Below, one piece after another: positions 49,409-63,878 of a DNA stretch of 64,000 bases (position 1 is the stretch's first letter; each line of letters starts with the position of its first letter). Origin of the DNA: Callorhinchus milii (taxonomy: Eukaryota). A program made the translations under genes and the position numbers. The stretch is from the NCBI RefSeq assembly GCF_018977255.1, contig NW_024704742.1:7380001-7444000 (forward strand). The letters are read 5' to 3'. The notes below the pieces were generated by a model, which worked only from the letters and a program-made list of their open reading frames with translations, made no database searches and was not told where the DNA came from.

Positions 49409-49867
49409 CAATTTTATCTTGGGGGATTGTTGGCCAGGATGCCGGGAGAAACTCCCTTTTCTTCTCAAATAATGTCATGGGATTGTTAACATCCAGCTGA
49501 ACAGACAGAGACATGACTTCAGTTTAGCATCTCATTCAAAGATGGCACTTCAAGCAATGCAGCCCACATCCCCAGTACTGTACTGGAGCATCAGCCTATA
49601 CTGTGAGCTTGAAGTACCAATTTGAGATGTTTGAACTCACAACCTTCTGGTTCAGAGGCAGGAGTGCTCCTGATTGAACTTTAAATGTCATCCAAAATGA
49701 AGACCTTTTAGAGTTTTTCACCACTTTATTTTCACTATACGGCACAAAAACCTTGCGGGAATGCAGGCTATACAGTTCGTGTTTGTATCCCTATTCACGT
49801 GCCGAATTACATCAACTGTCTCAATTTACGTAAACTATCTCCAGTACATTATTTCAGGCCCCTTTGT

Positions 49868-50108
49868 GGGCAGAATTTTCACCTTGGGTCGAGATTGACT
49901 CATTCTGTGAAGCATTTCGAAGCATCCAGAATTTGTCAACTTCTTAAATAGTCGTAATTTTGAATCTGTGTTTCTTCTGTAAGTTCTTTGAAGAAATAAC
50001 GAAAAGCACCTTCGAAGTTGAGGCTGAATTCAGCAATTTGATAAATTCTGCTCAATTTGAGCTTCTAAGAAAATAGAGGAAATCTAGACCCAGTTGAAAT
50101 TTCTACCC
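49868..50108. mobile_element. Palindromic MITE, family M1 (partial copies at about 28010-28200 and 61560-61684)
   Basis: GGGCAGAATTTTCACCTTGGGTCGAGATT versus the reverse complement of the right end, GGGTAGAAATTTCAACTGGGTCTAGATT. Confidence 0.75.
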
Positions 50109-50717
50109 CTACAGCGCACAATAAACCACAATAAACCTGCATCAACATATTGGTGCATAATAGATCCCAGTGACAAGCAGGTGGGATAGATATTCGAAAG
50201 TAACAACTTCCTGATTTAAATCATTACAATATGTCCTGGCAAGCAGCCGGAGTCTTATGCTGGAACTTTTATTTAATAAATTAACGAAGGTCAGATCAGA
50301 GGTGGAATAAAAGTGCCCAAGCAAATCAACTCCCAATTTTATGAGTGTTTTCATGGAATAAGGGGCCTGAGCTAATAATCCCTGTTACAAGTAGAGTTAA
50401 CTCAATCAATCTGTATCTTTTATTCTCTGAATAAAATACTGCAGAATTTCCCTTTTCTTTGAAGAGTATCATGTCTTGAGTATCAACTGGCTGAGTTGGT
50501 AGCACTCTCACCTTTGAGTCAGAGGTTGTGGCTTGAACTCACAGTCGAAGCTGACACTGCAATACATTGCTACAGGTGTACTGTTGTGAGAGGTGCCGTC
50601 CTTTGGATGAGTTGTTAAACTAAGGCCCTATCTGGCTGTTGAGTTGGATGTTAAAGATCCTATGGTATAATTCGAAAAGAGTAAAGAGTTTTTCCAAACG
50701 TCCTGTCCAAAACTGGT

Positions 50718-51055
50718 GGAGTCCTGTAGCTCAGTGGTTAGAGCACTCGCCTTGCAAGCAAGACACCGGGGTTCAATTCCAGGCAGAGGGCGAAACCTTG
50801 GGCAAGTTTCCTTACTCCACACAGAGCCTAATAATAATCCCTCCAAAACCAAAAACAATAATAAATTGGTTATTTCCAATCCACAACTGTTTGTGGGACG
50901 TTGCTGTGCGCAATTGGCTGCCGCGTTCGCCCACAAATATACAGTCAATTCACTTTACAGTCTATTCTGTGAAGCGCTTTGAGACGTCGAGAAGACGTGA
51001 CAAGCGCTATATCAAATGCAAGGATTATTATTATATATTATTATTATATTATTAT
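50718..51055 (+). mobile_element. Young SINE subtype B, full length, nested in a DeuSINE (about 50489-51150)
   Basis: Deu head and domain upstream; older tail at about 51060-51150. Confidence 0.9.
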
Positions 51056-54000
51056 AACACTTCTCCTGTTCGTCTACAAAATACAAAGTCATCATTCTTT
51101 ACAGTAAATTCTGTGAAGCGCTTTAAGATGTCCTCCTGATGTGAAAGGCAGGTCACCACTTGGGCATTTTCCAATTCTACCAATTGAATTAATTAATGAC
51201 GGTAAATAAGATACTGTAAATGATCCTTGCATTTGATACAGCGCCTATAAAATTGAGTAACAGATGTAAAATAACGATGTAATTAAATGATGTGAAAAAA
51301 GTAAAATAAAATAACAGAAAAGATTACCAGTTTCAAAAGATAATTTCAAAGAGCATCTCTCTTCAAAGGAAAGACACTGTCATGGGTTACTTCTGCTCTC
51401 TCTCTCTGTCTCTTGATCTATCATTCTGTGCAGACCTACCAAGCATCTGAAGTGTATGTGTTTTGTTTCCCCCTCACAATGAACCGTTTTCTCTAGACAA
51501 CTGTCACGCGCTCACAATTTCTTCTCGTTCTTTGAACTGTAAAACAGAACATTCAAATTTCAGAGAAATTTATCCTTTGATCCTGAAACACGTGAACTTT
51601 GTTTAACTACAAATATTTCTGTAAGCAAACTAGTTTCCTCCACACCTTGGTGTGAACTGATACCTGGAGAGACTGACACTCTACAATTCCAGTTTGAACG
51701 GAGCCAATTGCTGTCTTTCTTTCTTTGCTTAGATTCTTTTTTTAGAAAATAGTGGATAAGATGATGCTTAAATTGTTACCGTGTTCAACAAAGGAGAGCA
51801 GGATTTAGCACATAAAGGGTAATGCATAGCTTGCACTGAATTACAAACCAATAAATCATCTAGAACGTGTGCACAAGGAAGGAAGGAAGGCAGGAAGGGA
51901 GATAACAGCTGAACTCAAAAAATTGGTGAGGGTTGGGTGTTGGATAGCAATGAGGAGAGGGAATGCCTGGCTGATTTTCCTTTCCTAACCTAAGGTGTTA
52001 GGGGCCAATTGACAACTACTGTCCAAGCTGAAATCAACTACCTCAACACAGGCCAGGATTGTAATTTGTTTTAGTCTCTGACTGCATCCTCCTAATGACT
52101 TACGCTTCTGTAACCTGTAATCATCATCATTGCTGTTTTAATCCTCTTAACACTTCAATAACCTTTTGAAGCTTCAGTACCCCAAATACCTAAGGTGCCT
52201 TTTTTTTAACTTGAGGGATAATCAAAAGGATTTGTGAATCATCAATCCTGCGGGTACGCAGATGTCTCTCAGGTCGATCCAATGGAATCTTGCTGATGTA
52301 CTGCCAGACACGAAGGGCGAACAATTCTGTTCAGCTTTACTTGTGCTGCCTTTGGCAAAGTGTATAATGGGAAATGTCATCAGTGGCCAACACCGCTACA
52401 AGTGAAAGCGCGCAGCCTGAACGTGCAGTCCACATTGTTTGGGAGCTGGTTTTCCATTGATTTTAAATAAGACCCAGATTCCAAATATGATGGAATTTAA
52501 ACACTTTCCAAACTTCTAAGGCAAAATGGAGCTCCATGCCAAGACTAGGTGGAATTTGGGAACTCTATAATTCCTTGCGTGGCTTCACTGGCGATCTATC
52601 GCGATCAAAGTTAACATAACCTCATTCAACTTCTAGTCAAACGACTTTGAGATGTAACCTAGTATTCAGTCAGCGTGGTTGACAAACTTAATCAAATGTT
52701 GATGATACATCGTTAGGAGATGGTAGAATTGTCATTTTTTCCCAGCAATGCAAAAGAAAACTATTCTGAGCGGAGTTGTTTTGAAGCCTACCCTGCGTGA
52801 AAGACGCTATATAAATACAAGTTGTTGTTGCTGTTGTTGTGAAGTCAAAATGCTAGATTGGAAGTTATAATTTGCAAAGCTTTGCATGTTAATAAGATGA
52901 GGCTTATCTTGCCACAGCTGTTTCACTGTATCCCAAACATTCAAAGCGATTGAATGAAAGAGAGTAATTGCTGTCCATTCCTCCATTCCTGACAGTAGAT
53001 GAGTGAACACGTCATTTGTTTCCAACGACCTTCCTCCTCCACACCACTCCCATAAAGTTCAGCGGATCAAATTGATCGAGTAACAAATTAAAATAATGAA
53101 CGAAACTGCTGCTATGTTATAGCAGCTTCAATTCATAGAATTGCCAGGAGTGACTTGCTCAGCAAACTCCATCCTTAACCACGACCCTAATGACTGTCAG
53201 GAAATTTCCGAGGTCTGGTGAGGGCAACCTTTTGGAACGCTGTTGAATTTTAAAAAGTAAACCCACTCAGTGACACATCACAAAGTCTCCTGAGAGTTCC
53301 ACATTATGCATGACATTTTCTCTTGGTCTGGAATGGAGCGTATTGGCTGCTATGTCCTCGCACAAAATACACAATCGCTGCAATAGTGTCAGGGGATCTT
53401 TAACATCTACCTGAATGGGCAGACGGGACTTCAGTTTAACTGAATCCTGAACCCGTCCATCCAATGGATGGGCACCTCCAACATTGCACCTTGGGACGTT
53501 CTCCCGATGTGAAAGACGCTACACAAATGTAACTTTGTATTGTATTCTCTTCCTGGATGGATGCACCCTGTGTAAAGTATAAAGTGAGGGTTGGTAAAAA
53601 TCTAGGCTTGAGGACGCCAGAGTTCAGGTTGTAATACTACTGGAGTTGAACCACTAAAACTGCACAGCTTCTCATTGAGAGTCTTCCTGGCAAACTTCCT
53701 GTTGCTTGGGTCAACACTATAGTCTAAGGTGGACACTCCAGTGTAATGCTGGGAGGAAGGGGGTTGCATTGTCGGAGGGGCCGTCTGTTGGATGAGACAT
53801 TAATTTGAGGTCCCGTCTGCTCATTCAGGTGGACGTTAAAGATGCATTGGTACTATTCGAAAACTTGAGGTGATTGTATATTTTGTGGGAGAACACAGCA
53901 GCCAATTTGTGCATAAGTGAATAATCAATATTATTCTGGGTGTTCCACCAACAAACGATACAGTCACTTGACAGTATATTCTGTGAAGCGCTTTGAGATA

Positions 54001-55239
54001 TCTCGAAGACGTGATAATGCGCAATATCAAATGCAAAGATTATTATTATTTTTATTATTGTTGTGCAGAAATTGGCTGCAGTATTCACCGACAAATACAG
54101 GCATTACATTTAACAGAAAGTTCTGTAAAGGACTTTGAGATGTTTTGACGTGAAAAGGTCCTAAATTAAGTGCAAGGATTATTATTATTATAACAAAACT
54201 CCATAAAATTGGATAAAATTTGTCCATTTACTCGTTGGCTGTTTGTGGGACACTGCTGTGCACAAATTGGCAGCCGTGTTTGCCTGCAAGTATGCAGTTG
54301 CTATACTTCAGAGAGGATTTGAGAAGTCTTGACCTCTGGTTTGTATCAGGATTTACTATTTGCAATTTGGAAATGCTGCTTGCGACTGTTATAAATATTG
54401 CATTTTAGATCCAAGCTTCAATTACTCCTGAGCTGTTCGTCCTGATTTATTCACTTACAAAAAAAATACCCAGTCACTACACATTACAGTAAATGCTGTG
54501 AAGTGCTTTGAGATATTTGCCTCCTGATATGAAAGGCGTTGTATCAAATGCAAGGTTTATTATTATAATGCATTGCCAGATCTTCCAATTTACTACATTT
54601 CAAGACACCTTAAGAGGTAAGTTAATATTTCCAATTGGCTGCTTGTTGAACTTGGTTGAATGGTTACCAAATGGATATCAGTCACTTGACCTACCCAAAT
54701 GAACAAGAAACTGGGCAGCCATAAAAGATGAATGACGTGCGGAAAGAAAGGTCATGCAGCAGACAGTAATTTAGCGAAATGACTCTTCAAACAACAAAGA
54801 TGTAGGGTTTTCAATCTTCTATTGCAAGTAATGCTCTTTTGGTGCCAAAAAGGCATGTTTGAATTTAATGGGTTAGTAAAATTCAAATGCTTTTTTTTTT
54901 GCCATCCCAGCTTTGAAAATACGTTCTAACATAAAGTAATTCTCTGAAGCTGAAACACCACCCTAATTCTGGGCTTTCGAACAAATTTTGATGCAATTGT
55001 AAGAGGCCAGAGTCAATGAGTAGCTGCACAGTGGGAGTGTGGGGGCACTGTCCTGTGATAGAGGCAAGACAGATTGTGTTCTTTCATTGCGTTGCAGGAC
55101 TAATAAAGAACTGCCTGGTGCAAAGCATTGTAGGGCTTGTTCTCCGAAGCAGAGTAATTAATAAACTTGACAGGAGAGAACATCTTGCTCTCCATTTGTC
55201 TGAACGTACACATATATATCTGTATATACGTGTATATGT

Positions 55240-55603
55240 GGAGTTCTGTAGCTCGGTGGTAAGAACACTCACCTAGCAAGCGAGCGGACCTGGGTTTGAT
55301 TCCCGGCAAGACAAAATATTGGGCAAGTTTCCTTACACCACGTGCCTCTGTTTGCTTAGCAGTAAGTAGCAACCCGGTTGTTAGTCGATGGGCAGATTGC
55401 TTATTCGGGGGTAATAATTCCTTCAAAATAAAAAATGATAAGAAAAATTGGTCATTCAATCCACGACTGTTTGTGCGCAATTGGCTGCTGTGTTTCGCCC
55501 ACAAAATATGCTGCAAATTCACTTTACAGTATATGCTGTGAAGCACTTTGAGATGTCTCAGAGACGTGATAAGGCGCTGTATCAAATGCAAGGATTATTA
55601 TTA
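55240..55603 (+). mobile_element. Young SINE subtype A, full length
   Basis: Head, subtype-A middle and tail. Confidence 0.9.
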
Positions 55604-56028
55604 TCATTTGTAACTTTTAGTGGGCATTTTTATGATGGCAAAAATCCCATTAGCAGCTCCTGGAAATGAACTCGGAGTATCATCCCGCTTAAATGTTTTG
55701 GATGAGGTAAATGATTCTGTTATCTTACTTTGAAAGATCGTATTTTTTTTCAAAAGATACAGCTGTTAGGGTCATCCCTCTGCAGACCCTCTGAGGTGTT
55801 CAACGCGCTGTGGGAAGGGATACGACAAAGTGGCACAGACAATGGTATAGTCTGAAGAAAGAAAAGTGCTGGTCAGAGGTCAGAAAAGAAAGCAAAAGGG
55901 CAGTTCCCGTGGTGTAGTGGATAGAACTGCAGTTTACAAACCAGGTGTTCACTGGTTCAAATAAAGATAATAATCCTGGCATTTGATATAGCCACTTATC
56001 ACGTCTTCGAGACATCTCAAAGCTTCAC

Positions 56029-56420
56029 ATAATAATAATAATAATAATAATCCTTGCATTTGATATAGCGCTTTTCACGTCGGGAGGACGTCCCAAAGCG
56101 CTTCACAGAACACACTGTAAAGTGACTTGACTGTATATTTTGTGGTTGAAACACGGCAGCCCATTGGGCACAGCAGCGTCCCACAAACAGTCGTTGATTG
56201 AGTGACCAATTTATTATTATTATTTTAATTTTTTTGAAGGAATTATTACCCCCGGAAAAGCGATCTGCCAATCAACTAGCAGCCGGGTTCTTACTTACTG
56301 CTAGGCAAAAAGAGGGGTGTGGAGTAAAGAAACTTTCCCAACGTTTCGCCCTGCCGGGAATCGAACCCAGGTCTTCTCGCTTGCGAGGCGAGCGACCTAA
56401 CCACTGAACCACGGGCCTCC
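56029..56420 (-). mobile_element. Young SINE subtype A, full length, with the GGGACGTCCTCCCGACG tail variant
   Basis: Head ends GGGCCTCC at 56420; adjoins another SINE tail at about 55965-56028. Confidence 0.9.
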
Positions 56421-59400
56421 ACAAATCCTGGTCTGCTCTGAGGTTTGGTGATCTCAGCTGGGGTTGGCTAAATTGGCCCCGATGCTGTATTGGGTAAAGG
56501 CCGTGCATATGTGTGCAGCTGGGAAGAGAGTTGCAGCCCTGCTGTGATATCCTCTGCTAACACTCTCTGACTAGGTTCACACACGAACGATGACCACTTG
56601 GGCATAGCATTGGAAGGCAACCTGCACCTGTGGAAGTCGAGCTCAGGATGAGAAGGTCAGGTCGGGCGCGCAGAGGTGGGTGTTTGCCAGAGGGGAAGAG
56701 ACGTAGAAAAATAATTGGACTCATTACATTTTAAAAAAAAACTAGCAACGTAGCACGCAAACTGTCGGATTCATCTCTTCTGCTCTTTCACATGACTTCT
56801 GAGAGGATCAAGAACTTGCCCCTTTCAGCTGCTCAGATGCCCGGTAAAGGCATCCTCTTGAGCACAACCTAGTAATAATCCTTGCGTTTTGCCTTATCAC
56901 GTCATTGAGACGTCTCAAAGCGCCTCACAGAATAGACTGTAAAGGGGATTGACTGTGTATTTTGTGGGCGAATTCGGCAGTCAGTTTGCACACAGCAGTG
57001 TCCCACAAATAGCCACGGAGTGAACTACAACTGCGTATGAGATGTCTGTATCTTTTTGGTTAGAGGTTGTAAATCTTGTTTATCTCACTTCAGTGTTATG
57101 CAGATGAAGAATACTTGTTTATTAATTAAACTGATCCTGGGATAGTTACAATCATTTATTGCCTCGGTTATTGTCAGCTTTAATGCATGAAAATCCAGAC
57201 AATGTTTCCGGGGGTCAGTGTAGACTGTCCTGCACAGAACGTAAATGATTAATATCATAAATGATAAGAGTTCTGATGCAATAGCAAATTAAATCTCCTC
57301 GGATTTCAATGTCAATGTTTGTACATTTCTGTCAGTACATCACGAGTGAGTCATCTTGGCGTCGGAGAGAATACATTGAAGGATAACAAGATTTATGACT
57401 GGACTCAGGTATCTAAGTTGCCAGGAGAGGCTGAAGTACCTGGGAATATTCATACTGGAGAAGGCAAGACTGAGGTGGATCTTATTGAAGTGTCCAAGAA
57501 AAGTGGAGATCAATTGAACCCTAAAAATAGTATAATAATAATCCTTGCATTTGATGTAGCGCCTTATCACGTTATTGAGACATCTCAAAGCGCTTCAGGG
57601 AATATATTGTATTGACTGTATACTTTAAGGGCGAAACGCGGCAGCCAATTGCGCAAGCAGTATGTACAAAAAGTCAACAATTCTAGAGCTTAGATCAAGC
57701 CTAAAAGAGAAAAGGTGAAGAGACATTAAAATGTAATTGTGCACCTGCCTCGCTCAAGATCGGATAACCGAGCCAAACATAGAACTGATTCCAATATTTC
57801 ATTGTCAGACGACACCTTGGAGTCAGCTCAGACCCAAGGGGATTATATTTATCCTCAGCGATCTTTAGAAGTGTGACAAGTTGATGTTTGAGCCCTCACT
57901 ACAACCACAATAAATTAACATTTACTTTCGTCTTTCACATCTACGTCTTTCACATTCACTAGACAGGTTAGGGTTTGCCCCGATCTGGGGGTGGGAGCCA
58001 AGGTGAGGGGTGGGGCTGAGTGGGTGTAGGGGGAAGGTGACTGAAGGTTTGACCTTCAAGGAGCGAGTCAAGGGGCGAATCAGGGATTCCAGGATAAAGT
58101 TCCAGAGAGTGGGGGCAAATATAGGCGCTAAGGGTGGTCCAGGCAGTACGAGGGATGTGAAGCAGGCCACTGAGTGGAGGGAGCAGGTGGGTTTGTAAGG
58201 TTTGAGAAGAGGTAGGGTGGGTTAGTGAAATCCTGCGAAAAGCTTTGAGAATGTTTCGACAGCACGATAAGGCACTATATCAAATGCACTATAATTATAA
58301 CCAGTGTGAAATTCCATACCGTGCAAGGTAAATTACTGATCTCATCGCTGGAACTTTACTGACCTAAAGAAGTGTCTCCACTAATGTTGTGCCTGATTTT
58401 CTGCACAAGATAGGGCAAAGGTTCCTGCAGTGATATATAAAATCCTATTTCTTCCCCATAGATTATGGCTCTTAATATTATTAACAATCACTGTGTATAA
58501 ATCTGAGCAGTATTGTGTTCCCTGTTATAATAATATAACAATAATTAGCCTTGCATTTGATTTAACGCCTTATCACATTTTCGAGACGTCTCAAAGCGTT
58601 TCACAGGATATACTGTAAAGTGTAGTGACTGTGTATTTTGTGGACGAAACTCGACAGCCAATTTTACTGGCTAATGTTGGATGTTTTGGCNTTTTTTTCT
58701 GCAACTTCAATGCCTCGAGCCTCAAATCTCCTCCCAGAGCTGCCGGCATTGCTAGAATTGCATTACCCACTGTGACGGCTGCTTTAAATTACGGAGCAGA
58801 TGAGAAATATTTGGTCAATCTTTGGTCACAAAAGAAAAGGCGTATGTTTATGCCTATAAAGACCTGCGACAAGGCCAGCTGTGTTATAAAGAAGGAGCTT
58901 TGCCGGGAGCCGTGTTATTAATATGGACATGACAAACAAAGCACAGCATTATCAGGGAGCAATTTAATGAGGGTTTCTTTATCTGTTTTCTCAAATCCAG
59001 TCAGCACAAATAAAGTGGATTTACTCCGCCTGAACAATGAATTCAAATACAATCCACATTCTGCTTACACTGAAGAGGACAGCTTTATACTAGACAGGGC
59101 ATATTTATACTGGACTGGCTGACTGACGTTTGCTGTCCGCTATCATTACGTGTGTGACATATGCTGCCTTACATCGGTGTGTGTTTGGGTTTGATGTGTG
59201 TTGTCCAAGATGCTACTTCACGTGAAGGGGGCTGTAGAGATGTAGGTTGTCGTCGTTGTTGTCTGTTTATCTGAGACTCTGGTTGTTCTGTGGTCATTTA
59301 TCTCCGATTATCCTGTTCCTGTGATCCCTTATTTCTATAATAACAATAATAATAATCCTTGCATTTGATATAGTGCCTTATCACATCTTCGAGACGTTTC

Positions 59401-62214
59401 AAAGCACTTCACAGAATATACTGTAAAGTGAATTGACTGTATATTTTGTGGGCGAACTAATGTCTCATCCATAAACCTAATGGCCGTTGAGGTGTTTTCT
59501 ACCAGATTGGGGTCAAAGGCACAGGTCTGCAATCTCCAACGACTTCTGTGACAAAGGAGAGGGGGGAAGATTTAAAAAAATACAAGCCATTCTCCTGGAA
59601 AGATTCATGTGAATCCTCTTTGTTACCTCTATAAATAGGGCTGTTTACAGGAGAGGGAATGCCTTGCCAGACATCTTGATGATATGGCTTCAATAGCATC
59701 CACTGAGCAAGGATGTACCTTATCGTAAAGCAGTAAGCGATGCACCCGGATTCATGGGGAATGTCAGATAAATATTTCATGAATGTCATCCTCCTTTATA
59801 TACAGACACTGCACAGAAACCGTTGGCTTCCCCCCCCCCCCCCCCCCCCCCACCCACTCACCCCTCTCCCCACCCCTGTTATTCCCAAGTTATTCCTCAG
59901 ACAGCAGGAAACGTCAATGAGCCTGAAGCATGACTTGTTAGCATTCACATCAGATCAAATCCTGCTGATTCTGGTCGGTTGCAAAGGTCAGGGGCAGTAG
60001 CTGCTGCACCATGCCTTAAGCCTTCCTTTCAACCCTTTTGCAAATGATCTGTTGTCTTCGCCAGAAAATACACTATGAGACAACGGAAGAGAAATTTGCC
60101 TTTGTAACATTCGACCTGAAGTATACATGTTGTATAAAATTATAAAATTGAAACGCTTTGAGACGTCTCAACAATATGACAAGACACAATCTGAAGCCAG
60201 GATTTTTATCGTATTATTATTTTTGTTCATCTATCTCTAGATTCTGATCCTTTTTCTGACCGATTCATTCACTCTGGGATCCACCTGCCTCTTTTTCAAA
60301 GATAATTGGAGATTTTCTCCCCCTCTCCCATCTCCCATCTCCGTGAAGCACTTCAAGATGTTACCCTACGTGAAGGGCGCTATATAAATAATAAATGCAT
60401 GTATAAAGGCAAGGTATTGCACAATAAGGTGGTGTTGTTTCTAAAAAATAATAATTTGGTCACTAAATCCACGACACTGCCTTGCACAATTAGCTGCCGC
60501 GTTTCATCCACAGAATATACAGTCATTTCACTTCACAGTTTATTCTGTGAAGCACTTTGAGACGTCTAGAAGACATGATAAGCTATATCAAATGCAAGGA
60601 TTATTATTGTTATATTCTCTTCTCATTCAAATTCACCCCTCACCAAAAAAAATCGAATTAATTGTTTTCTTATCTTTGTAGAATGTTGCTTGAAGAAAAT
60701 TAACTGCTGTGTTCGCCTCCACAACATCATTCACTTCTAATTAATCTCATTTTGTGAAGCACTTCGAGACGTTACTTTAACATGAGAGAAGGCACTATAT
60801 AAATATTGTTGGAACTGGCTCAGTTGGTATCAATCTCATCTCTGAGGAAGAAGCTTGTCTCATAATCTGGACACTCCAATCCAGTGCTGCATTGTTGGAG
60901 ATGCTGTCGTTCTGATGAGATGTGAAACCAAGGTCCCAATTTCCTGTCCAGGTGGACGATAATCCACTACTACTTGAAAGGAGAAGGGAGTTTCTCCTGA
61001 CATCCTGACCAACAGTCCCCTAGCACCCTTTACGCAGGTAATGTCTCCGAGTCCTGAGTAGTGGTGTGGTTGGCGCTGAGCTGGAAAGCGAGGGGAGGTG
61101 ACCGAAGGCATGGGTCAAGGAGGAAAGTCTTCAGGTGTGATATGATGACAGGCAAAGAGAGGACAAGACAGAGGGATTGAGGTATAGTGGCTGACAATAC
61201 AGCTGAGGGGACAAGGGACATGTAGAAGACTTCAGTGTTGGTTATGGGACATTCCTGTATGCAAATTCACCGCTGCATTTGGTTTCGAAAACACAGTTAG
61301 ATTTCACGTTGAAATCCTGTAAGACGTCTTACTCAAGTTATAAGGTGCTATATATAAAAAATGCAAGGCTTATTATTATTAAGATCTTATAGTGTGGTTT
61401 CGATTAACTTTTTTTTAAATAAAGGGTCATTCAGGCATGTTCCACTCGCAATTTGGAGGCATTTTCAAAATATAGTTTAGATTCGATTCCTACCGGTTCT
61501 TTACTCAGTGCTTCCAACTGTTTAAGTGATTTTTCTTTAAGTGAAGTTAAGTGAAGTTTTTCCACAAGAACTGGCAGAAATACGGCTTCAAAATGAAGAA
61601 AACGTTTAAGAATTTGCCAAATACTAAATGTTCTGTGACGCTAACAAAAAAGAGGAAGTCTAAACCCAGGTGAAATTTCTACCCGTGTGTTAAGTAATAG
61701 CTCTCGTCTCTGTCCACAGAGCATCAGCTGGTTGCAAATGCATGCACAGGATGTTAAGATGACTTGGTGCATTGGGCTGACTAACTGACTGACTGAGACA
61801 GGCCGGGATTGAAATCCCGAATCCCAATGGAATGGTTTATTGCCTATTGAAATGTGAGGGGCATGTTATTGTCTGCTGCTGTCGTGTCCTTCCGTTTATT
61901 GCGAATTATGGACCATTCTCTAATTGAGTTCTGGTGACAGATATTCTAAGTAGGAACCTCGTTGTTAGTCGATTGGTGGATCGCTTTCCAGGGGTAACAA
62001 TCCATTCACATAAAATAATAATAATTTGTTCACTCAATCCATGACTGTGGGACATTGCTGTGCGCGTCTGATTACCAGTTTGGCCCACTTTACTGTATAT
62101 TCTGTGAAGCGCTTTGAGATGTCTCAACGACATGATAAGGTGCTGCATTAAATGCATTGGTTATTATTACTTATTATTAAAGGCTCTTAATAATAAATAA
62201 TAATAATAATAATC

Positions 62215-62495
62215 TGTGATTGAAGGGAGGATAAATTCGGAACAAATCTGCAGAAACACTATTTCAGTGAGCGTGTAGTAAACTTATGGAACAGGTTCCC
62301 CAGGGAGGCAGTGGAAGCAGAAAATCTCATTTGTTTCAAGAACAGATTAGATAGATTTCTGCTAGAAAATAATATCTGGGGACGTAGTGTATCTTTTTGG
62401 GACACGACATGTCAAGCGACTGTCAGGATGGTGGAAGGCAAACTAGATGGACCTCGATCTTCTTTCGCCAGCAAATTCTTACTTTCTTATGCTCT
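62215..62495 (+). mobile_element. CR1 LINE 3' end
   Basis: FSERVVNLWNRFPREAVEAENLICFKNRLDRFL (CR1 ORF2 C-terminus) followed by a TTCTTAY terminal repeat. Confidence 0.85.
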
Positions 62496-63132
62496 GTGAG
62501 CTCGACTGAGAAACCAGGGAGATTACTACAACAACAACTTGCGTTTATATAACGCCCTTTATGCCGACAGCGCCTCGGAGCGTTTAATGCAGCAGAAAGA
62601 AAAAAGTCAGACGTCCTGTGGAGAGGAAGAAGGGAGAGAAAATGTCCCTGTCTTTTTTCACGTTGACATTGATCCAAGGATCACCATCTATTGCCTGAGC
62701 AAAGACTTCCTCCCTTCGCTTTGACACTACTTTCGCAAGACACTCAAAAATGCTCCATTAATACTGAACAAACGAGCAACCTTCGGTGTTTATTTCCAAA
62801 GCTGGTGTAGCCAGGGGTTGATAAAGACAACTGCAAAGGAAATCAAAGAGCATTTTGTGTTGAGTTGAGTGTTGAGATTCCACCATATAGAAGTGTTTAA
62901 CAGTGGTCTGGAGAGGGGAACAAAGCAGTCGGCTGGAATCAGTGAGAGCTGTCAGTGTCCTGAATGGACATCCTGCACAGTAGCTACAAAGTGTGATGCG
63001 GGGGTCATTTTTCACTGGTTTGTGTTAAAATATAATGTCCTTTTTTTCGGGGATCAAATCACGATATTTGAAACCTGGATTCACACAGGATTGGTAAATA
63101 CTGCCAGTATTTGCATTACAACAACACAATAG

Positions 63133-63186
63133 AATAACAATAATAATAATAACAATAACAATAATAATAATAATAATAATAATAAC
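63133..63186. repeat. (AAT/AAC)n microsatellite
   Basis: Read directly from the sequence. Confidence 0.9.
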
Positions 63187-63542
63187 ACCAGGGAGATTTC
63201 CGGCACTGGTTTGCTTTGGACCAAAGATCCCCCATGTTGGTGGCATTCATTTCAGTCACTGACGAGTTTTAATATTTACAAATCTGAGTAGCAAAATATC
63301 TAGTGATTTTAGGCTTAAGAACTTTAACACTTTTAAAAAGTTTAGATTGTGGGTTATTTTGACATTCAGCCTTAAATGCAGTCTAGATTTGGCAGGTGAC
63401 TTGGCACAAGGTTTTAAGAGTACTGCTTAAAAAGCAGCCTCCGAATTTTCCAAAATTATAATTCTGATAATAATCCTTTGCATTTCATGCAGCACCTAAA
63501 TGTCGGAGGAAATGTTTCAAAGCGCTTCAACAGCAATAACAT

Positions 63543-63878
63543 TATAATAATAATAATAATAATAATAATCCTTGCATTTGATATAGCGCTTTTCACGTCA
63601 GAAGGACGTCCCAAAGCGCTTCACAGAACACACTGTAAAGTGAATTGACTGTATATTTGTGGGCGAACGCGGCAGCCAATTGCGCACAGCAATGTCCCAC
63701 AAACAGTCGTAGATTGAAAATGACCAATTTATTATTGTTTTTGGATTTGGAGGGATTATTATTAGGCTCTGTGTGGAGTAAGGAAACTTGCCCAAGGTTT
63801 CGCCCTGACCTGCCTGGAATTGAACTCAGGTCTCTCACTTGCAAAGCGAGTGCTCTAACCACTGAGCTACAGGACTCC
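63543..63878 (-). mobile_element. Young SINE subtype B, full length
   Basis: Head ends GGACTCC at 63878; ATTATAATAAT on both sides (63541-63551, 63880-63890) is a candidate TSD. Confidence 0.92.

Noticed and set aside
58691..58691. Single N base
   Set aside because: Assembly ambiguity, not biology.
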